Below, piece after piece: positions 40,448 through 50,170 of a stretch of DNA of 64,000 nucleotides (positions are counted from its first letter, which is position 1; each line of letters starts with the position of its first letter). The stretch covers positions 10,901 through 74,900 of the forward strand of contig JBIOIQ010000003.1 in NCBI GenBank assembly GCA_044449985.1, written 5' to 3'. The translations under genes and the position numbers were made by a program. The DNA comes from Candidatus Saccharimonadia bacterium. Its GTDB lineage: Bacteria; Patescibacteriota; Saccharimonadia; UBA4664; JBIOIQ01. A model generated the notes under the pieces. That model was given only the letters and a program-made list of their open reading frames with translations, was not told the origin of the DNA and ran no database searches.

Positions 40448-41485
40448 ATGCTAGACGATCAAGGGTACGTTACTAATTTGGATCCTTCCAATGCGCTGGG
40501 AATCATCGCAGCTCAACCGGCACAGTTAAGGCTTAAGCTAACTTTTTCGTCATTTGAGCTAGATATCGATAATATCGTGGTAACCGGTATGGGTGGCTCA
40601 GCTCTGGGAGCAGAGTTTATCCGCTCGTACCTGAGCGATCGATTGCCGGTGCCATTGAGCATTGTTCGGGATTACACGTTACCGGCTTTTGTGGGTCCAA
40701 AAACGCTGCTAATCGCATCAAGTTACTCCGGAAACACCGAAGAAACTATTACGGCACTGGCGCAAGCCAAGCAGGTAAAAGCTAAAATAGTCGTCCAGAG
40801 CTCCGGAGGAAAATTGGCTGAAATAGCTCAAGCCGAAGGGTATCCGCATATCTTGTTCCCAGGTGGTTTTCAGCCAAGACTGGCAGTATTATTTCAGGTT
40901 CGAGCTCTGGCTGTTATATTCGAGTCGGCTGGTCTGGTCAGTGGGATTTTGGAAGAGCTTGAAATGGCGGCGAACTGGGTCGAAGGTAAAATCGGCAAAT
41001 GGGTGCTTGAGTCACCAGAATCTGACAACCCGGCCAAACAATTGGCTGAGCATTTGGTTGGTAAAACAATCGTGGTATATGGTGGCCCAACGCTTTGGCT
41101 CCCCACCATGAAATGGAAAATCGATTTTAACGAAAATTCAAAAAATGTGGCTTCGTTCTATCATTTGCCCGAATTTAGTCACAATGAATATACCGGTTGG
41201 CTGTTTCCAAATACCAAAAATATTGGTGTGATCGAGCTCATGTCGAACCTCGATGTTCCCCATATTAGCCGTAGGTTTCGCATTTCCAATCGATTATTAT
41301 CCGGTAAAATGCCAAAACCATTTATAGTGAGCGCCGAAGGGGAAACCAAACTCCAGCAAATGCTCTGGACCGTTTTACTAGGAGATTTTGTAAGTGCATA
41401 TCTCGCATTCTTAAATGGTATCGACCCAACGCCGGTCAATTTAGTGGAAAGTTTAAAAAAAGAACTCGCGAAGGAGGACTCATGA
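40448..41485 (+). CDS. pgi: Bifunctional phosphoglucose/phosphomannose isomerase (SIS-domain PGI/PMI family)
   Basis: 345-aa ORF with an AAAGGAGG SD and SIS pattern VVTGMGGSALGAEF...LLIASSYSGNTEET. Its length and layout match the small archaeal/bacterial PGI/PMI family. Confidence 0.8.
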   Translation: MLDDQGYVTNLDPSNALGIIAAQPAQLRLKLTFSSFELDIDNIVVTGMGGSALGAEFIRSYLSDRLPVPLSIVRDYTLPAFVGPKTLLIASSYSGNTEETITALAQAKQVKAKIVVQSSGGKLAEIAQAEGYPHILFPGGFQPRLAVLFQVRALAVIFESAGLVSGILEELEMAANWVEGKIGKWVLESPESDNPAKQLAEHLVGKTIVVYGGPTLWLPTMKWKIDFNENSKNVASFYHLPEFSHNEYTGWLFPNTKNIGVIELMSNLDVPHISRRFRISNRLLSGKMPKPFIVSAEGETKLQQMLWTVLLGDFVSAYLAFLNGIDPTPVNLVESLKKELAKEDS

Positions 41486-41685
41486 CAGAAACAATTAATA
41501 CCTATGTTGTGGCCGGATTCATAGTTTATCTAGGTATGTGCGCCGGCTTAATAGCCGCAAAGCATGGGAAAAATCCGCTCCTTTATGGTTTAATGGCGGT
41601 TATCACGCCGTTTAATCTAATACTTCTTGGCGTATGGGCGTTTGGTAGTTTTGAAAAAGATAAATCAGAAAGCATCGGTTCGTGA
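41482..41685 (+). CDS. Small two-TM membrane protein, hypothetical
   Basis: 67-aa ORF with a 4-nt overlap with pgi. Helices are YVVAGFIVYLGMCAGLIAA and LLYGLMAVITPFNLILLGVWAF. Confidence 0.5.
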   Translation: MTETINTYVVAGFIVYLGMCAGLIAAKHGKNPLLYGLMAVITPFNLILLGVWAFGSFEKDKSESIGS

Positions 41686-42182
41686 AAAAAGTTACAACTT
41701 TTATGGCAATTGGTGTTCCTGGATCGGGCAAAACTACTTACCTCAAACCTTTTGCCGAACGGATTGATGCAAAGTATCTTTCAACGGATGAGATCAGACT
41801 CGAGCTCCTCGGCGATATGCTTGATCATTCTCAAAATCAAAGGGTCTGGGCGGAACTTTACCGTCTCGCTGATGAGTCACTAATGAAGAGTCGGAGTGTG
41901 GTGATTGACGCCATGAACTTAATACCAAATTACCGGATTATAGATAACAAACGATACCGAGGGTACTGTAGTGAGATTGTTGGGATCTGGTTTAACTTTT
42001 CGCTTGAAGAAATTCTGCGCCGTAATTTATCCAGAATCCACCGTGAGCCCGTTCCGGAATCTGATATAACTCGGCTTTATCATGCGATGATCGCAAGTCC
42101 GCCGGTTTTATCCGAAGGGTTCGACAAAATCATCGATCTTGCGAGATCTGAATCTGAAATAGCTCTACTCGAAAAAGTTTAG
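41682..42182 (+). CDS. P-loop kinase-like ATP-binding protein (AAA_33/polynucleotide-kinase-like)
   Basis: 166-aa ORF with a GTG start overlapping the previous stop and Walker A GVPGSGKTT near the N-terminus. Confidence 0.65.
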   Translation: MKKVTTFMAIGVPGSGKTTYLKPFAERIDAKYLSTDEIRLELLGDMLDHSQNQRVWAELYRLADESLMKSRSVVIDAMNLIPNYRIIDNKRYRGYCSEIVGIWFNFSLEEILRRNLSRIHREPVPESDITRLYHAMIASPPVLSEGFDKIIDLARSESEIALLEKV

Positions 42183-42243
42183 AGCTCGCTTACAATGATT
42201 GTTCTTAGCCAAGAAAAAGATCTGTGCTACAATTTTTCGACAT

Positions 42244-42333
42244 GGAGGGGTCGCCTAGCGGCCTATGGCGCTTGCTTGGAAAGCAGGTTGAGGCGCAAGT
42301 CTCTCGTGGGTTCGAATCCCACTCCCTCCGCCA
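42244..42333 (+). tRNA. tRNA-Ser(GGA), CCA encoded
   Basis: 90 nt, GGAGGGGTCGCCTAGCGGCCTATGGCGCTTGCTTGGAAAGCAGG...GTGGGTTCGAATCCCACTCCCTCCGCCA. Anticodon loop is TTGGAAA. An extended -10 TGCTACAAT (42225-42233) ends 10 nt upstream. Confidence 0.9.
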
Positions 42334-42491
42334 GCTTAATAACTTATGCGAGAAAATCATCCGACAGAATTACCTCAGGTGGAGTTGTCGTGATATCACT
42401 CACAGCGCGAACACCTTTCGATTTTAGATAATAATACTTGGTAATACATAGAAGTTTAAATTGACGTTTACTTCTGAGATAGGAGTTTTTC

Positions 42492-43013
42492 ATGATAAAG
42501 ATTGGTCAACCAGCACCGAATTTCAGCAATATTATTGCTTATCAGGCGGGCAAAGAAGATTTTATGCGTATAAGTTTGGAAGATTACCGAGGAAAATGGC
42601 TCGTCTTCTTCTTTTATCCAGCAGATTTCACGTTTGTGTGCCCAACCGAACTCCGGGAGTTTGCCAAGCATGCTGATGATTTTTCCGATGAAGGAGCACA
42701 AATCCTGGCAGCATCAACTGATGGAGAGCATGCCCACGCTGCTTGGTTCGGACGCGATCTTCCCCAGGTAAAATACCCAATTCTCGCAGATCGGACCCAA
42801 GATGTCACACGCTCTTACGAAGTGCTGGAAACTGATGGAACTGCGCAACGCGGAACGTTTATTATTGATCCCGACGGTGTAGTTCGCTATATCATAGTGA
42901 GTGACAATTCTGTCGGTAGATCTGTTAAAGAAACTTTGCGAGTGTTGATGGCTTTAAAAACCGGTGAGCTTTGTCCTATAGAGTGGGAAAAAGGCGACAA
43001 GACCCTTTCCTAA
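42492..43013 (+). CDS. ahpC: Typical 2-Cys peroxiredoxin (AhpC/Prx1 type)
   Basis: 173-aa ORF with an AGGAG SD, peroxidatic Cys motif DFTFVCPTE and resolving-Cys region GELCPIEW. Confidence 0.9.
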   Translation: MIKIGQPAPNFSNIIAYQAGKEDFMRISLEDYRGKWLVFFFYPADFTFVCPTELREFAKHADDFSDEGAQILAASTDGEHAHAAWFGRDLPQVKYPILADRTQDVTRSYEVLETDGTAQRGTFIIDPDGVVRYIIVSDNSVGRSVKETLRVLMALKTGELCPIEWEKGDKTLS

Positions 43014-43064
43014 GCAGCTTTTACATTTCCTAAATCCGAAGAATAATATGGTAAACATAAGATA

Positions 43065-43490
43065 ATGTATCGAGAGGAGATTATCAGGGTGGATGATTTA
43101 AAGACGAAGTCAGAAGATTTTTGGAAACAAAAATTGACGCCCGAACAATACCGAGTGGTGCGAGAAAAGGGAACAGAAGCTCCTGGCACGGGGATATATC
43201 TAGATAATCATGATGAAGGGATGTATCGTTGTGTCGCATGTGGAAACGAACTTTTTTCAAGCGCTACTAAATTCGAATCCGGATCTGGATGGCCAAGTTT
43301 TACCGACCCGGTGAATCGCGAGCAAGTTGAACTTCGTGATGACAATACTCTAGGGATGAAACGAGTCGAAGTTAGTTGTAAGCGGTGCGGCGCACACTTG
43401 GGTCACGTTTTTGATGACGGTCCGGTTGAAAAAGGCGGGCAACGCTACTGTATCAACTCGGTTTCGCTTAAATTTGAGCCGAAGTCCTAA
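43065..43490 (+). CDS. msrB: Peptide-methionine (R)-S-oxide reductase MsrB
   Basis: 141-aa ORF with zinc CxxC pairs (CVACGNELF; [16 protein letters not shown]), GWPSF and catalytic RYCINS. Confidence 0.95.
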   Translation: MYREEIIRVDDLKTKSEDFWKQKLTPEQYRVVREKGTEAPGTGIYLDNHDEGMYRCVACGNELFSSATKFESGSGWPSFTDPVNREQVELRDDNTLGMKRVEVSCKRCGAHLGHVFDDGPVEKGGQRYCINSVSLKFEPKS

Positions 43491-43504
43491 ATAATTAAGA
43501 CTAT

Positions 43505-43834
43505 ATGGTAAAGATGGCAAAACTTGAGAGCGCGTTTGCGGAACTGGGGATGGCTATGATGAGCGAAGACAAAAACGTTAGCGTTTCGCAAATGTTTGGT
43601 ATGCCCACTCTTATGTACGGGACAAAAGCATTTGCGGGACTATTAGAAGCGGGCATGGTATTTAAGCTTACCGGAGATGCTAGGGTTGCGGCCTTGGCAA
43701 TGTCTGGCTCAAAACCTTTTATGCCGATGCCGGGGCGAGCCATGAAAGAATGGATTGTTATCGATGCCACCCATCAAGCCTCCTGGCCGGATTTCGCTCG
43801 GGCTGCAAAAGCTTATGTGGCGTTATTGTCCTGA
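43505..43834 (+). CDS. TfoX/Sxy N-terminal-domain-like protein (tentative)
   Basis: 109-aa ORF. The pattern VSQMFGMPTLMYGTKAFAGLLEAGMVFKL resembles TfoX_N (MFG...fa...l.fK). The assignment is weak. Confidence 0.45.
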   Translation: MVKMAKLESAFAELGMAMMSEDKNVSVSQMFGMPTLMYGTKAFAGLLEAGMVFKLTGDARVAALAMSGSKPFMPMPGRAMKEWIVIDATHQASWPDFARAAKAYVALLS

Positions 43835-44256
43835 TGGATATGCAAAGTAGCGGATCCTCAAATAGATCACTCGCGGATAAACTGGGAATAAAGATGGGTG
43901 AAAATATCTCTATTTTTCACGCCCCAGAAAACTATGATGATCTAATTGGAAACTGGCCGGTCGGCGTTAGTGTCAGCCGAGACGTCTACGATGAAATGTT
44001 TAGCTTTATTCATTATTTTGCTCGCGGTGCCAGCGAACTCGAACATGATCTGGGCAAGCTGGTTGAACATCTTTTACGCGATGGGAGCTTATGGATATCT
44101 TGGAAGAAAAAGAGTGCTGCGCGGGATAGCTCGTTCGGCGAAACAGAGGTCAGGGCACTCGGTTTGGCAACAGGACTTGTTGACGTAAAAGTTGCGGCGA
44201 TTGATGAAGAATGGTCAGGACTTAAATTCGTTAGACGAAGCAGGGATCGAATCTAA
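43834..44256 (+). CDS. Hypothetical protein (DUF3052-like pattern, tentative)
   Basis: I trimmed to ATG 43834, which overlaps the previous stop (TGATG). Sequence is MDMQSSGSSNRSLADKLGIKMGENISIFHAPENYDDLIG... Confidence 0.45.
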   Translation: MDMQSSGSSNRSLADKLGIKMGENISIFHAPENYDDLIGNWPVGVSVSRDVYDEMFSFIHYFARGASELEHDLGKLVEHLLRDGSLWISWKKKSAARDSSFGETEVRALGLATGLVDVKVAAIDEEWSGLKFVRRSRDRI

Positions 44257-44312
44257 GCAAACGATGTTCGCTTTTTGTTCGCCAGTCTTCACATCAAGAG
44301 TATAATTAATGT

Positions 44313-46043
44313 ATGGACGAGATTGAGGAAATTAAGCAGCGCCTTGATGTGGCGGAAGTTGTTGGAAGTTATATAGCTCTTAAGCAGTCCGGCCGCAACT
44401 TAAAAGCGTCTTGCCCTTTCCATAATGAAAAATCGGCCAGTTTTATGGTCAGCCCCGAGAAAGGGATATGGCATTGTTTCGGATGCGGTGAAGGTGGAGA
44501 CATATTTAAATTCGTGATGAGGATGGAAGGGGTTGAATTCCGACCGGCTCTCGAAATATTGGCTCGCCGGGCCGGAGTTGAACTCAAATCTCGCGGTCAT
44601 GGCAGTGATAACAAACTAAAAGATCGACTTTTGAGCGCTAATACTTGGGCGGTAAAGTATTTTCAGCGCAACCTTATTGAAAATAAGCGGGCGCTTGAAT
44701 ACGTCACAAAAGTGCGAAGGTTGAAACGCCAAACTGTGGCAGAGTTTCAAATCGGTTTTGCCCCGGAAAGTTGGGAAGGTCTTGTCAGTGCACTGCGCAT
44801 GCAAGGTTTTAGTGATGACGAGCTGGTCGCAGCCGGACTGGCTGCCAGAAGAGCCAGTGGTCAAGGGATCTATGACATGTTTCGCGGACGACTTATGTTT
44901 AGTATTTCAGACTCTCAGGGCAGACCAGTTGGATTTACGGGGCGCGTGCTTGATGAGTCTTTACCGAAATATTTAAACACCCCCCAGACTGTGCTTTATG
45001 ATAAAAGTCGTGCGATCTATGGGCTTCATTTGGCAAAAGATGCCATCCGTAAGGCTGATGAAGTCGTGCTGGTAGAAGGTAATATGGATGTTGTAGCTTC
45101 TCATCAGGCTGGAGTCAGGCAGGTAGTTGCAGCCAGTGGCACTGCGCTTACCCTTGAACAGTTAAAAACGCTCGGACATATGACCAAAAACATAAAACTA
45201 GCTTTTGATCAGGATGCGGCTGGACTAAAGGCGACGGAACGGGCAATTGAGTTGGCTCAAAAATTGGGCCTGACCTTAAAAGTGGTAGTGCTTCATAATG
45301 CGAAAGATCCCGATGAGCTGATAAGTCGTGACCCTGTGCTATGGGCGGAAGCAATTACGAAAGCACCTTATGTTATTGACTATTTGTTTGAGCGCTTCAA
45401 AAGTGAAATTGACCTAACCAGTGCCATGGGTAAACGCCAATACAGTGATCGTTTGGCAGCCAATTTGCATCGTTTGGCTGATCCGGTCGAGAAAGATCAT
45501 TATATCCAACTGCTGGCAAATCTGATATCCGCAACTCCCGAAGCGGTCAAACAGAAAGTCGATGAGCTGGTGACGCCGGCACTGCCTAGAGATCAATTTC
45601 GGCCGGTTCCCACTACTATCGAACCTAAAAATGGTCCTCAGATGATTGAGGAGTCATTGGTCTCGCTGCTACTGGGTTTTGTCGATGCCCGGCTCAATTT
45701 AGACGAACTCAGACCGGATGACTTTAATTCGGCGAGGTGTCGGGAGATTATCCTATACCTTGGGAAACATGAAGCTGCACTGGCAGGCGATATTGCGAAA
45801 GACTTGCCGAACGAGGGAGATTATGTCAAAATTCTGACATTACGGGGCGAGGAACAATTTGGGTCGCTTGCTCCCGCAGACCGCAGCCTGGAAGCACTCA
45901 CGCTGAATAGACGTCTGCAAACACTGGCGAACAAACATCGACGAGAAGAAATTGGAAACAAACTCCGCGAGGCCGAAAAGATCGGGGATTCGGTCTTAGC
46001 GTTATCACTCAAGCACAAGTATCAAGAACTAATTGATTCATAA
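44313..46043 (+). CDS. dnaG: DNA primase DnaG
   Basis: 576-aa ORF with CHC2 zinc finger CPFHNEKSASFMVSPEKGIWHCFGCGEGGD and a TOPRIM region (VVLVEGNMDV...FDQDAAG). TATAAT (44301-44306) ends 6 nt before the ATG. Confidence 0.95.
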   Translation: MDEIEEIKQRLDVAEVVGSYIALKQSGRNLKASCPFHNEKSASFMVSPEKGIWHCFGCGEGGDIFKFVMRMEGVEFRPALEILARRAGVELKSRGHGSDNKLKDRLLSANTWAVKYFQRNLIENKRALEYVTKVRRLKRQTVAEFQIGFAPESWEGLVSALRMQGFSDDELVAAGLAARRASGQGIYDMFRGRLMFSISDSQGRPVGFTGRVLDESLPKYLNTPQTVLYDKSRAIYGLHLAKDAIRKADEVVLVEGNMDVVASHQAGVRQVVAASGTALTLEQLKTLGHMTKNIKLAFDQDAAGLKATERAIELAQKLGLTLKVVVLHNAKDPDELISRDPVLWAEAITKAPYVIDYLFERFKSEIDLTSAMGKRQYSDRLAANLHRLADPVEKDHYIQLLANLISATPEAVKQKVDELVTPALPRDQFRPVPTTIEPKNGPQMIEESLVSLLLGFVDARLNLDELRPDDFNSARCREIILYLGKHEAALAGDIAKDLPNEGDYVKILTLRGEEQFGSLAPADRSLEALTLNRRLQTLANKHRREEIGNKLREAEKIGDSVLALSLKHKYQELIDS

Positions 46044-46098
46044 AGCCAAGTCAATTGCCTAACGATTATGAACCAGCGAATTAAGAAATGAGGTATGC

Positions 46099-47220
46099 AT
46101 GCCCAAAAAAGCCACTCCTGAAAATGAAGAAGAAAAAACTGCTCCGCAAACAGTCGATATCGAAGCCTTAATAGCGAAAGGTCGTGAACAAGGTTTCTTA
46201 ACGCAACAAGAAATATTGACAGCTGTCGGCGATGCTGAAGACAATGTTGAAGAACTAGATGATGTTTATGCTGCCCTGCTCGAGAATAGCATTGAAATTG
46301 CCGATCATCGAGAAGGTATGGAAGATTGGGATGAGGCAATTGAAGCTGAGCCCGAAGCGGTCATCGTTGAAAATGATGATTATGTGAAAGATATTGCCGA
46401 TGATTCGGTCAGACTGTATTTACGTGAGATCGGTCGGGTTCCACTGCTCAGTGCCGCAGAAGAAGTTGAGCTAGCGAAAAGGATCGAGCAAGGCGACAAA
46501 GTTGCCAAAGACAAGATGGTCGAGGCGAACTTACGTCTGGTCGTATCAATTGCAAAAAAATACATTGGGCGAGGGCTTGATTTGCTTGATTTAATTCAAG
46601 AGGGATCAAGTGGACTGCTTAGAGCCGTGGAAAAATTCGACTACACCAAAGGTTATAAATTCAGCACCTACGCGACGTGGTGGATCAGACAAGCCATTAC
46701 CCGAGCCATTGCCGACCAAGCTCGGACGATTCGGATACCAGTGCATATGGTTGAAACCATTAACAAGCTCATCCGGACCCAACGACGACTCGTTCAAGAA
46801 CTGGGTAGAGAGCCGTTGCCGGAAGAAATTGCAGCGGAAATGGAAATGGATGTAGAGAAAGTTAACCACATCATTAAAATTAAGCAAGATATCGTCAGTC
46901 TCGAAGCTCCCGTTGGTGAAGAAGAAGACTCTAAACTAGGCGACTTTATTGAAGACGAAGACAATCCACGACCGGAAGAGTTGGCGACCTACCAACTTTT
47001 AAAAGAGCATGTAAATAATGTTTTGGCTCTTTTAACTCCCCGCGAGCAAAAGATCCTGCGCATGCGCTTTGGCCTAGAAGATGGCCGAGGGCATACTTTA
47101 GAGGAAGTTGGACAAGAGTTCGGCGTAACTCGAGAACGTATCAGGCAGATAGAAGCCAAGGCTCTAGCCAAACTGCGCAAGCATAGGGAAAGCAAAAAAC
47201 TCAAAGACTACTTGCGTTAA
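46099..47220 (+). CDS. rpoD: RNA polymerase primary sigma factor RpoD
   Basis: 373-aa ORF with region 2 ([27 protein letters not shown]) and region 4.2 ([24 protein letters not shown]). Confidence 0.95.
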   Translation: MPKKATPENEEEKTAPQTVDIEALIAKGREQGFLTQQEILTAVGDAEDNVEELDDVYAALLENSIEIADHREGMEDWDEAIEAEPEAVIVENDDYVKDIADDSVRLYLREIGRVPLLSAAEEVELAKRIEQGDKVAKDKMVEANLRLVVSIAKKYIGRGLDLLDLIQEGSSGLLRAVEKFDYTKGYKFSTYATWWIRQAITRAIADQARTIRIPVHMVETINKLIRTQRRLVQELGREPLPEEIAAEMEMDVEKVNHIIKIKQDIVSLEAPVGEEEDSKLGDFIEDEDNPRPEELATYQLLKEHVNNVLALLTPREQKILRMRFGLEDGRGHTLEEVGQEFGVTRERIRQIEAKALAKLRKHRESKKLKDYLR

Positions 47221-47284
47221 GGTGACGAAGAGTCTGGTGAATTCTTGAAATCAACACTAGAACAGCCTTTGATATACTTGCCCT

Positions 47285-47881
47285 ATGCAGAAAAGTAATC
47301 TGATAATAGGCGTCGTAGGAACTCTTGCAGCTGGTAAGGATGAAGTTGCAGATTATTTAGCCAAAAAAATTGATGGCGAGCATGTCTCAACCGCTGAGGA
47401 ACTGCGTGACTATGTTACCGAGCATCATTTAGGTGGACTTGATCGAGATAATCTCCGGATAGTTGCAAATCAGCTCAGAGCTGAGCAGGGCGGGGATTTT
47501 CTTGTCCGGCTTGCCCTGGCGCACAAGAAGCGCCCGATTATCTTAAGTGCCATGCGTAGTCCCCTTGAAGTGCACGCCATACTTGAGGCGGGCGGAATTT
47601 TGATAGCCATCGACGCACCAGTCATGAAACGTTACGACTGGGCGAAGCATCGGGGTCGCATTGATGATGCCGTTACGGCGGAGCAATTTCGCCTCCAGGA
47701 AGAAGCGGAACTAGCCCACCTCGATCCTAACCATCAGCAGATCTTTGCGGTCATGGAAATGGCGCACTACAGAATTGCAAATGATGATACGCTTTTAGCA
47801 TTGCGTCAAAAAGTTGATGAAGTCTTTGATCGAATTATACTTAATAGTGTAGGTAAGACTACGGAAAGTGAATTAAGATGA
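47285..47881 (+). CDS. P-loop nucleoside/nucleotide kinase-like protein (CoaE/dNMP-kinase-like)
   Basis: 198-aa ORF with N-terminal P-loop IIGVVGTLAAGKDEVADYL. Confidence 0.55.
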   Translation: MQKSNLIIGVVGTLAAGKDEVADYLAKKIDGEHVSTAEELRDYVTEHHLGGLDRDNLRIVANQLRAEQGGDFLVRLALAHKKRPIILSAMRSPLEVHAILEAGGILIAIDAPVMKRYDWAKHRGRIDDAVTAEQFRLQEEAELAHLDPNHQQIFAVMEMAHYRIANDDTLLALRQKVDEVFDRIILNSVGKTTESELR

Positions 47882-48657
47882 TAGTTCTTGGGCTCACCGG
47901 GGGCATGCGACAAGGGAAAAGTACGGTCGGTGAACTTTTGCGAGGACTTGCCGGAGTCGATTATAAGGCTGATCTGGAGACATCATACCCGATCAGTGAA
48001 GTTGCCAATAATTGGATTTCTTCTTGGCCAGTGTTACCTACCACCACCAATCGCGAAGAACTTATTAGTCTTGCGAACGGGTTAATTGAAAGTCTGCCGA
48101 AAAGTTTAGAGCTGGTAACGGGGAAGCTGGCAGATCCGGCCAAGCTCAAAATTGGCGATAGTCCCGCCTCGCACGAGGAACACAAGCAGCTCATTAAGTA
48201 TCTCGAGCTATGGACCGGTTTAACAGCTCAGGAGCGGGACGCACAGCTGCCTTTACCTATTACTGCCGAAAACAAAGTAATGCATCGCCCGCTACTCATG
48301 TGGTTAGGTGGTGGCATGATTGAATTGGTTGCACCCACAATCTGGTGCGATTTGCTTGACCGGAGAATAAAACAACTCGGAGATCGGGGCTATAGTTTAG
48401 TGACGGTCGGAGGTATTCGTTACCCGCAAGACGCTCGCATGATCGCGAGTAATTTTGGGTTTGTCGTGCGGGTTGTTCGTCCCGACACCGAGAGAAGTAA
48501 CAACATCACCGAAACTGTCATGCAAGAGCTGCATCCGGATGTAGTTATTTATAATGACGATTCGCTAAATTCTTTAGAAAAAACCTGTCAGATGCTCTGG
48601 ACCGATTTGAAAAATGGGAACTTGCAGACACACTATCGAGCTAGTCACTTAGCCTAG
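47878..48657 (+). CDS. P-loop protein with CoaE-like N-terminus, hypothetical
   Basis: 259-aa ORF with a 4-nt overlap with the previous gene. GLTGGMRQGKSTVGELL resembles the dephospho-CoA kinase P-loop GLTGGIGSGKST. Confidence 0.5.
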   Translation: MIVLGLTGGMRQGKSTVGELLRGLAGVDYKADLETSYPISEVANNWISSWPVLPTTTNREELISLANGLIESLPKSLELVTGKLADPAKLKIGDSPASHEEHKQLIKYLELWTGLTAQERDAQLPLPITAENKVMHRPLLMWLGGGMIELVAPTIWCDLLDRRIKQLGDRGYSLVTVGGIRYPQDARMIASNFGFVVRVVRPDTERSNNITETVMQELHPDVVIYNDDSLNSLEKTCQMLWTDLKNGNLQTHYRASHLA

Positions 48658-48672
48658 TTAGCACTTAACGGC

Positions 48673-48701
48673 TTGACCAAGCCATAATCTCAAAGTATAA
48701 T
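48673..48701 (+). promoter_or_regulatory. Near-consensus sigma70 promoter
   Basis: TTGACC (48673-48678), a 17-nt spacer, then TATAAT (48696-48701). Confidence 0.65.
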
Positions 48702-48707
48702 TTAAAT

Positions 48708-49009
48708 GTCGCTACTAGCCTAACGAAGGGAGAACGACACAAACAAAACTTGCGCCTTGGAAGTTTTTTCAAAATAGGCGCAGCTGTAAAAAGGTTTCTC
48801 GGAAAAATGATTTTTCTGAGTTAAAGCTATCGGCGCTCTCGTCCGGACAGGTGTCCAGAGAGGTATCGATTTGATACCAGTTGTTCTCGCGAGCGTAGCG
48901 ACCGGTTCGACGTACCGGATTGCCTTTGTCGATAGCGCCTGCATCCAAGACCAACCTGAAAGACCACGAGGACCAACCAGGTCCGCAGCGTGTTATCAAG
49001 GAGGAACAG
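48708..49009 (+). promoter_or_regulatory. Long (~300 nt) hairpin-rich untranslated leader upstream of the transglycosylase-like gene; candidate cis-regulatory RNA of unknown class
   Basis: I accept no credible ORF here; the two track ORFs in this stretch are both minus-strand and both rejected. Local hairpins include TGCGCC...GGCGCA, CTCGGAAAAA-TGA-TTTTTCTGAG, GGTATC-GATTT-GATACC, CCGGT-TCGACGT-ACCGG and GGACC-AACCA-GGTCC. The leader ends at an AAGGAGG SD. Confidence 0.35.
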
Positions 49010-49516
49010 ATGCGGCCTAACGCCGTAAACAGAATTATTGTGGGACTGGCAACAATCCTGACTACCACGGTTTTAAGTGGGGTTGTCGGAGTTGGAGCCA
49101 TGACCGCAAGCAGCGGGACTTTTCCCATACACCTCGCTGCAGCCGAAGTTCCGTTGCCGTCCGTTCCCAACGCGACAGTGCCTTCGGTGAGTAGTCCGGA
49201 AACTCCTCCGCTTGCTTTTGTGAGCTGGTATACCGAAGAAGCCTCCCGGTGGCAAACGACCGGGAACTGCATAATCTTCGGCAACCAGGTGTACTCACAT
49301 TGGGGTGAGTCAAATGGGAATCCGACTGCTCAAAATCCGATCTCGTCGGCTTCCGGCTTGTTTGGATTTCTCGACTCCACTTGGAATCACTTCGGTGGAT
49401 ACGTTCATGCCAGACAAGCTCCACCCATTATCCAGTGGGTCCGTTTCTTCCAGGTCTTTGCAGACGGGAAGGGTGCGAGTAATTGGAGAGGAGACGGATG
49501 CGGATACGGAACGTAA
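49010..49516 (+). CDS. Secreted transglycosylase-like (Rpf/SLT-like) protein
   Basis: I trimmed to ATG 49010 behind an AAGGAGG SD. It has signal/TM IIVGLATILTTTVLSGVVGVGAM. The C-terminal pattern GESNGNPTAQNPISSASGLFGFLDSTWNHFGG...W..DGCG parallels the Rpf-type transglycosylase-like motif (C/G)ESGGN...GLFQF..STW...W..C. The DNA is G+C-rich: I counted 36/60 at 49081-49140. Confidence 0.65.
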   Translation: MRPNAVNRIIVGLATILTTTVLSGVVGVGAMTASSGTFPIHLAAAEVPLPSVPNATVPSVSSPETPPLAFVSWYTEEASRWQTTGNCIIFGNQVYSHWGESNGNPTAQNPISSASGLFGFLDSTWNHFGGYVHARQAPPIIQWVRFFQVFADGKGASNWRGDGCGYGT

Positions 49517-49631
49517 GGAAACGTTCCTAGATCTTGTTGGCTCTGCCGGCGGGGAGACTCCCCGCCGGCAGAGATAGCAGTAGTGAAATTTATGAATTCA
49601 ATCTAGTAAAACTAATGTAAACCGCTTATGA

Positions 49632-50093
49632 TTGAGTAGTTGCCTACCTGAGGGAGTTCCTTTGCAGCCTGACCTAGACAGTTGTGAGGGCGCGTTAATT
49701 GCGTCCTTAAGACCAGTTGATAGGGAAGTCCTACGCTTCATGGCCAGTCATGGTCGTGCGCGCTGCCTGATTTCGGCCGTAGTTCGTGGTTTGACAATCG
49801 CCAAATCACCCTTGCGGCCCGAAGCAACGTCCGAGGACATGATCGACGCCATGAACTTGTTCATCGCTAACGGCCTAGTCACGGGCAATGACAACCTGTA
49901 CTGGGTGACGGATGCCGGCGCCGAGCTGGCTGAGCGACTTGGGCTGGTTGCAGTATCCACCCCGGCAGAGCCGAAATCCCATCAGCACAGTTTGTTTGAA
50001 TGGGCCGGCGCCAGATTGCTACTTCCGGCCAAGACAATTTCCTACCTCTGTGCTCCGGTACAACACGAGCAACTTGTGCTCGCCTTGGCCTAA
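49632..50093 (+). CDS. Hypothetical protein (possible winged-helix-like), start uncertain
   Basis: 153-aa track ORF with a non-ATG start. I counted 36/60 G+C at 49861-49920. I recognised no family. A UUCG-loop hairpin follows at about 50123-50142. Confidence 0.4.
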   Translation: MSSCLPEGVPLQPDLDSCEGALIASLRPVDREVLRFMASHGRARCLISAVVRGLTIAKSPLRPEATSEDMIDAMNLFIANGLVTGNDNLYWVTDAGAELAERLGLVAVSTPAEPKSHQHSLFEWAGARLLLPAKTISYLCAPVQHEQLVLALA

Positions 50094-50170
50094 CAGCCCC
50101 CAAGCTTTATCGACCTCGAAAGGTTCGGCCCTTCGGGGTCGGATCTATTTATAAGCTATACTAAATAGGT

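Noticed and set aside
48708-49009. A ydaO-type c-di-AMP riboswitch assignment for the long leader.
   Set aside because: The context is right, but I could not find the conserved ACGGGGA / CCCGA / GCTAACCTCGTAAGC-like strings. I keep it only as an unclassified structured leader.
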